DNA of 64,000 bases from Rebecca billardiae RCC1528 (Eukaryota > Protista > Haptophyta), in the NCBI GenBank assembly GCA_965240325.2, contig OZ251229.1, positions 2,356,001 through 2,420,000 on the forward strand, read 5' to 3'. Below the pieces are notes generated by a model that did no database searches, was not told where the DNA came from, and was given only the letters and a program-made list of their open reading frames with translations. The position numbers were made by a program, and so were the translations under genes. Below, in pieces: positions 58,107-64,000 of this stretch (the stretch's first letter is position 1; each line of letters begins with the position of its first letter).

Positions 58107-59624
58107 CCAGGTCGTTCCCCCTGCACTGGGAATCCGCGGTTTGGACATACAAGAAAAACAGCCGGAGGACGCACCCGTCGCTACCCGCGAATAAGATTTT
58201 CAGGTCTCGCGGGTGCGGATGTGCGTCAATCGATGAGCTGGTCTCGCAATCCCAAAATTGAGCCGCAACGAGATAGAGGGCAGGGAGCCCCCGGTGGCGG
58301 CTCGGCAGGCGAGGGCCGACCAAATCTTGACCTTTTGCCCTCGGCGGCAGGCGGCAGCGGCGAAGGCGGCCGAGCGCCGTTGGCGGGGCGCGCCCGGGGC
58401 ACGGCGCTGCGGGCGCGGATGTGCTCGCGGAGCCGGCTTGCGTGGACAGGCTGTCGCGGGAGAGTATCTGGCGCCCTCCTGTGCCGCGCGTCTCGCGCCA
58501 CGCCTCTTTTCGCCGCGGCTCAGGGCAGCGCGCACGCGCGCGCCGCCTCGAGGCCAGCACAGCCGCGCCGGCAGCCAACCGCGCGCGCGCCGTGCGCGGC
58601 GTGGTCGGAAAGGAACAAGGGGTGCTGCCGGGCGAGATGACGACATCATGTGCGCACGCTATGCCGCCCCGCGGCGCCGCGAAAGGGCACGATAACGGAT
58701 CCGCACAGCTGTTGACGAGTGCTGATTTCTTCAGTCGTGCCTGAAGCCAGACCTGAGCTCGAAGAAGATGATGAAAGTGCATCCGCGCGAGGAAGCGTCG
58801 CACCCAGCACTTCTACATGACCACGCGGTGATGAACATTCATGGAAGAGTATCCCGCTTGCCCGTCTGGGACTGTTCTGTGTCTCAATGATCGTCCCGAC
58901 AAGGGTCACGACCGCGAGGCCGTGCCGCACACCATTTGTGACAACTCGAAGAGGCGTGCAAACGGACCGGCGACACGCTCGGCAAGGCGTGGCGGGGCGG
59001 CATGGCGTGCGCACATGATGTCGTCATCTCGCCCGGCAGCCGCGCCCGTTCCTTCCCGACCACGCCGCGCACGGCGCGCGCGCGGTCGGCTGCGGCGCAG
59101 GCAAGGCTGGCCAGTTGAGGCGGCGCGCGCCGTGCGCGCTGCCCTGAGCCGAGGCGAAAGAGGCTTGGCGCAAGACGCGCGGCGCAGGATGGCGGCAGAT
59201 ACTCTCCCGCAACAGCCCGTCCACGCACGCCGGCTCCGCGAGCACATCCGCGCCCGCAGCGCCCTGGCCCGCATCGCACTCGCCGCCGCCCGGCCGCAGG
59301 CCGGCGGGTCAGAAATCGGTGCTCGCACCCGCGAGGGCTCCCGCCTCCGGTCGCACGCGAAGAACTCATTCCTAGAGCATCGATTTCGTGAGCGGACTAT
59401 CGCTGACGAGGCTGATTACTGCTGTTCCACGGCTTTGCCGCGCTCGGGATTTGGCTTCTCGAATGGATGGATCTGGTTTCGTCATTTTTAATTGGAAAGC
59501 TCGATTAGATCGTTCAAGTGGTCTGATAGAGCAATCGGAAGACTAAATCTGCGTTGCTATGCCGCGGCCTCGCGCTCTGAATAGTGCGAAACCGCGGATT
59601 CCCAGTGCAGGGGGAACGACCTGG
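58107..59624. mobile_element. 1.5-kb non-autonomous DNA transposon (Tc1/mariner-type, TA target-site duplication) with internal inverted arms
   Basis: 36-bp perfect TIRs CCAGGTCGTTCCCCCTGCACTGGGAATCCGCGGTTT (58107-58142 / 59589-59624) with TA flanks; 58400-58670 is inverted relative to 58990-59265. Confidence 0.9.
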
Positions 59625-59711
59625 TACTCTCTAGTACTACTCTCGTCTCGCCGATCTCTCTCGATCTCTCTCTCTCTCTCATCTACGATCTGACGACGAT
59701 GACGACGCGCG

Positions 59712-59992
<281 letters not shown>

Positions 59993-60187
59993 GCAGATAT
60001 ATAGCAGATATATATATCGATCGTCTGTATTATCCACGACGACTCTCCAGCGCGGCGCAGTCTCATGATCTGACCGCCGCGCGTGTCGGAGCGGCGGCGT
60101 GCGCGGCTCGACGCGTTCGCCGTTCGCGAGCCGGGACACCAGCTCGTTGTAGCGCGCCGTGCGTCGACGCCGATATCGTCGTCTCTG

Positions 60188-63100
60188 TCAAAAGTCGAAC
60201 TCGTCGCCATCGTCGTCGCCAGCGCGCCCAGTGGACGGCGCCGTGCGCGGCACGGCCCCGGCTGTCTGTGGCCGCGACTGCGCCGCCAGGCCGCTCGGTC
60301 GCGCAGCGACAAACACGCCGTCGTCGTCCGCGCCGTCCACATCGTCCTCCGAGTCGGAGTCCCAACGGCGCTGCCCAAGCGCGGCGCGCGTGACGGGCTG
60401 CTGCGCCGCGCGGCCACGAAGCTCAGCGCCGTCCGCCGTGACGGGCCGCGTGAGTGGCGGCGGCACGTTGGAGAGGGCAGCGGGCCGCACGCTGCGCGAG
60501 AGCTCGGCATCGTCGTCCGCGCGCGCCTGCGGCACGGCAGCGGCCGCGCGGGCGGCCGGAGCCGGCGGCGGCGGCTGCGTGGCCGTGGGCAGGTGGGCAT
60601 CCGCCGTGGCTGCTGAGCTGCGACGCGGAGGCACCTCGCCAGGCGAGCGCGGACGGCCGCCGTGCCAAGGGTCCGCCGAGAGCTCGTCGTCCTCGCTCCC
60701 GTCCTCCGCGCCGCGGGCGAGAGGCTGCGTGTGCCCCGCAGCCATGGCTGCCACCGCCTCCGCTGCGTCGCCGGCCGCGGCGCGCTCGAGCTGTGCGCGC
60801 GGAGCCTGAGAGCTCGCTGCCGCGCCCGGGCGCTCGGCAAGGCGGGACGGCCACGCGTCCGACATCGCCGATGGGCCGCTCCCCGTGCTCGACGCGCCGG
60901 GCGACGTGAGCTGCTGCCCCGTGTGCCGCACGCCGGCCGTGCCAGAGGGCGGGTGGGTGCGCCGGGTGGGGGAGTGTTGCGACAAGGCGCCGGGCTGGAC
61001 CGACGGGGGCGGGTGCGGCGGCGCGGAGGAGGGCCACGGGTCGTACTGCGGGCTGCGCACGTCCGCGCCGCTCGACTCCTCGTCCTCCTCCTCCACCGCC
61101 TCCTCGCGCTGCTGCGCGTCCGGCGGGCTCCGGACCGGCGCGGGGCGGCGCGCCTGCAGCAGGGGCTCGCTCAGCTCAGCCGCGGCGGGCGGCTCGAGCT
61201 CCGGGACGGACGGCGAGGCCCCGCCCACAGTCACCACTCGAGAGAGCCGGCCGCGCCCGGCGGAGAGCACCACGTCAGGCGAGGCTGAGCCGGGGCTGCT
61301 CAGCGCATCTGCCTCCACGCTCGTGGCGAATGTCTGTGCGCGCGCGCGGTGTGTGTGCGGTGCACGGGGAGGGGCGCGCGCGGCTGAGTGCGACGGACCA
61401 ACCGATGGCGGCGGTGCTGGTGCGCGTGTGTGTGTGCGGTGCACGGGGAGGGCCGCGCGCGGCTGAGTGCGACGGACCAACCGATGGCGGCGGTGCTGGT
61501 GCACGTGGGTGGGGCGCGCGCGCGCGCGCGCGCGCGCACTTGGCGCCGGCTGGACGGCCCCACGCCGCGCATCGGCGAGATCTCGGACGAGATGCGCAGA
61601 GCGCCATGAGCGCTGCCCGGCCGCTCCGCCTCCTCGCCCTCTGCGGCGCGGGCGAGCGTCTCAGCACCCTCCGCATCGGCGGCCTCAGCCGGTCCGCGCA
61701 AGTCGGCTCCCTGGACGAAGGCCTGTGCAGCCATGAGCGCGGAGAGGTACTGGACGGCCTGCGCGCAGTGCGACGCAGCAAGCACATCCACGCGCAGCCG
61801 CGGGGCAGGCACGCGAGCCGACTCTGAGGCGTGGCGCCGCTCTCTCCGCGCGGCGCGCGCGCGCGCGCGCGGCCGCCCACGCCGCGCGTGGCCCGCCGGC
61901 GCGCGGCTGGGGCTCTCGCGGTGCGCGCACCTTGCGCCGAGCCCACGTCGTCTGGCGGTGGTCGAGCGGGAGCACGAGCGGCGCGAGCGCCTCGGCCACC
62001 GTCAGCGCGGGGGCGCGCGTCGCGAGCGCGAGCTCGAGCGCGTGCGCGACCAGCGCCTGCAGCGTCTGCACCGCCGCGGGAGGCGCGTGCGCGCGCAGCT
62101 GCTCGTACCCCGCCGGGTCCTCGAGCAGCAGCACGTCGTACAGGAAGCGCGCGGGGAGGAGGCCGCGGCCGTCGGCGCGGGAGGTGGCGGCGTGGCGCAG
62201 CGCGCGCGCCGCCGCGGCGTCCGAGAGCGCGCCGAGCCCCTCGCCGCGTGCGGCGAGCGCCTGCGCCTGACCAAACTCGGCGGGCGCGGCCGAGGGGGGC
62301 GCGGCCGCGAGCGCTGCCGTGTGCGCCGCGAGCACGGCGGGCGCGTGCGCCGGCTCGAGCGCACGCAGCCGGTCGAGCAGCATGGCCATGAGGCGCAGCT
62401 CGCCGTGCTCGGCATCTTCGCTCGCCGCGGCCTCGGCCTCGGCCACACCGACGGTGGCCTCGGCCACCGCCGCAAGCTGCTGCGGCGGTGCGCTCGGGCG
62501 CGCGCGGCCGGCCTGCTCGGCCGTGCGCGGCGCGTGCGTCGACGCTCGCGCCGCCGCCTCTGCCGGCGGCGGTGGCGCCAGCGCCACAGCGGGCTCGGAG
62601 GCGGCGAGCGCCGGTGCGTGGCGCGGCGGCAGTGCTGGCTCGGCCGCGTCGGCGCGCAGCGCCACCGCGCAGCCGGGCGCGTCCCCGTGGCGGAGCGAGG
62701 CGCCGAGAGCGCCCGCAGCGGCGGCCGCGATCGCCTGCGCGGCCGAGCGCAGAGCGTCTGCGCACAGCGCCTGCGCCGCGCCGTCGGCGCGGGCCGAGGG
62801 GGCGCACGCGAGGCGCGGCGCTGGCGCGGAGCGCTCCGGCGCGCCGCCCTCTGCCCCCGCCTCGTCCAGCGTGAGCGCCCGGACCGCCGCGTCCATCCGG
62901 AGAGCGCCCAGCCCGAGCTGCAGCTGCCGGCTCAGCACGGCCGCAGAGTGCTCCGCCCACGCGGCGGTGGCGCCGTCGAGGGAGGCGGCGTGCGCCTCGC
63001 TCGTCGCGGCGTCCTGCGCGCGCAGCGCCTCGCGCACCCGCTCGCGCGTCAGCTCGTCCGCCTCCGCCAGCTTGCGCTCCTCCGCCACGCGGCGCTGCGC

Positions 63101-63487
63101 CTCGGAGCGCGAGGCGGCCGCGCGCATCTCCGCCTCAAACGACTCGGCGGAGCGCGCACGCCTCGCCGCGAGGAAGCGTGCTCGGTGGCGGGCGAGCTCG
63201 GCGTACCACTGCTCGGTGGCATCCTCCACGCGCTCCACGTACGCCGCGCGCGCGCGCTCGAGCTCTGCCGCGGCCGGCTCCTGGCCGCGCGGTGGCGGCG
63301 CGGCGCGCGGCGTGCGCAGCAGAGCGTTCCGCTCCTTCTTCTCCGGAAGCTCGTTGCCCAGCACGGCAAGCGCGGCGCGAAGCCGCTGCACGCGCACCTG
63401 ACCGACGCGCCCCTCGCGCTCGGCACGCGCGAGCGCTGCCTCCTCCGCCACCCGCACCTGCTGCTGCACGTGCGCCAAGGCCGCCAT
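60188..63487 (-). CDS. multi-exon coiled-coil/low-complexity protein of unknown function (introns ~61822-61930 and 61334-61539; start uncertain)
   Basis: Three coding-like frames joined by GTGCGC..AG introns; the second intron contains a ~78-bp tandem duplication. Confidence 0.55.
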
Positions 63488-63832
63488 CCCTGCCACTTGA
63501 AATGTGCGCCGCCGCAAGCTGGCCAGGGCGGGGCGGGCCAACGGGTGCGCAGCGACCGGACGCACGGCAAAGGATCTCCTGCAAAGTGCCGCGGAATAAG
63601 CATGGCGGAGGAGCACGGCCATTGGGCGCCACCATGTCGGTACTGCGGCTCGATCGAGCCACCGGCTCGGCGCGTGTGCGAGTGCCCCCACATGGCGCAC
63701 GTGGAGTGTGTCATGCGCCGTCGCGCGTTCGCGCTCGAGGAGTTCCTCCTCCACGGTCACCGGAAAGGGCGGGATTGCTTCGAGCGGTGCGAGATGTGCT
63801 TTGAGCGGTACACGCTGCCGCCAGGGGCGCAC

Positions 63833-64000
63833 ATGAGCTGGGGCCCGCGCAGGCTGCCGTACGCATGGGCGATGGTCAGTCTTGCGTGGCTCGTCGACGC
63901 GCTTGTGCTGCTGCTCACTCTCGAGTGTGTTGGCGTGGCAGTGCTGTACGGCACGCGTGCCGCGCTCGCCCTCGCCGTGTTTGAGTGGGCGGACCGCGAC
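63833..64000 (+). CDS. 5' end of a probable membrane protein (truncated by window edge)
   Basis: ATG followed by an open hydrophobic frame MSWGPRRLPYAWAMVSLAWLVDALVLLLTLE. Confidence 0.4.
   Translation, partial: MSWGPRRLPYAWAMVSLAWLVDALVLLLTLECVGVAVLYGTRAALALAVFEWADRD

Overview
This is eukaryotic, very GC-rich nuclear DNA with short spliceosomal introns. Flagellar genes (IFT27, SHIPPO-repeat protein) and signal-peptide plus transit-like N-termini suggest a flagellated alga with a secondary plastid, plausibly a haptophyte (inference only). About 20 protein-coding genes are present, many in tight head-to-head pairs. They include a cNMP-binding protein, two membrane hybrid histidine kinases, a DOT1-like methyltransferase, IFT27, cytosolic HSP70, HAD/SAP, polyQ/KOW, NDC1-type NDH-2, SAP/cold-shock-like, alkaline ceramidase, a tandem HET/TIR-like-TPR protein, ankyrin-2OG oxygenase, DnaJ, sulfotransferase, an alpha/beta hydrolase and a P4H-extensin fusion. 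The spacers contain TA-flanked MITEs, a Helitron2/Helentron-like family, a LINE remnant, fold-backs, an 814-bp tandem array and microsatellites. The most interesting observations are: (1) a histidine-kinase-like protein whose receiver domain appears circularly permuted; (2) a protein with a degenerate and an intact HET/TIR-like module in tandem; (3) a rolling-circle-type element carrying an HTH plus a USP deubiquitinase fragment; (4) a membrane prolyl hydroxylase fused to an extensin-like stalk resembling its own substrate. All domain calls are by-eye motif recognition; no searches were run.
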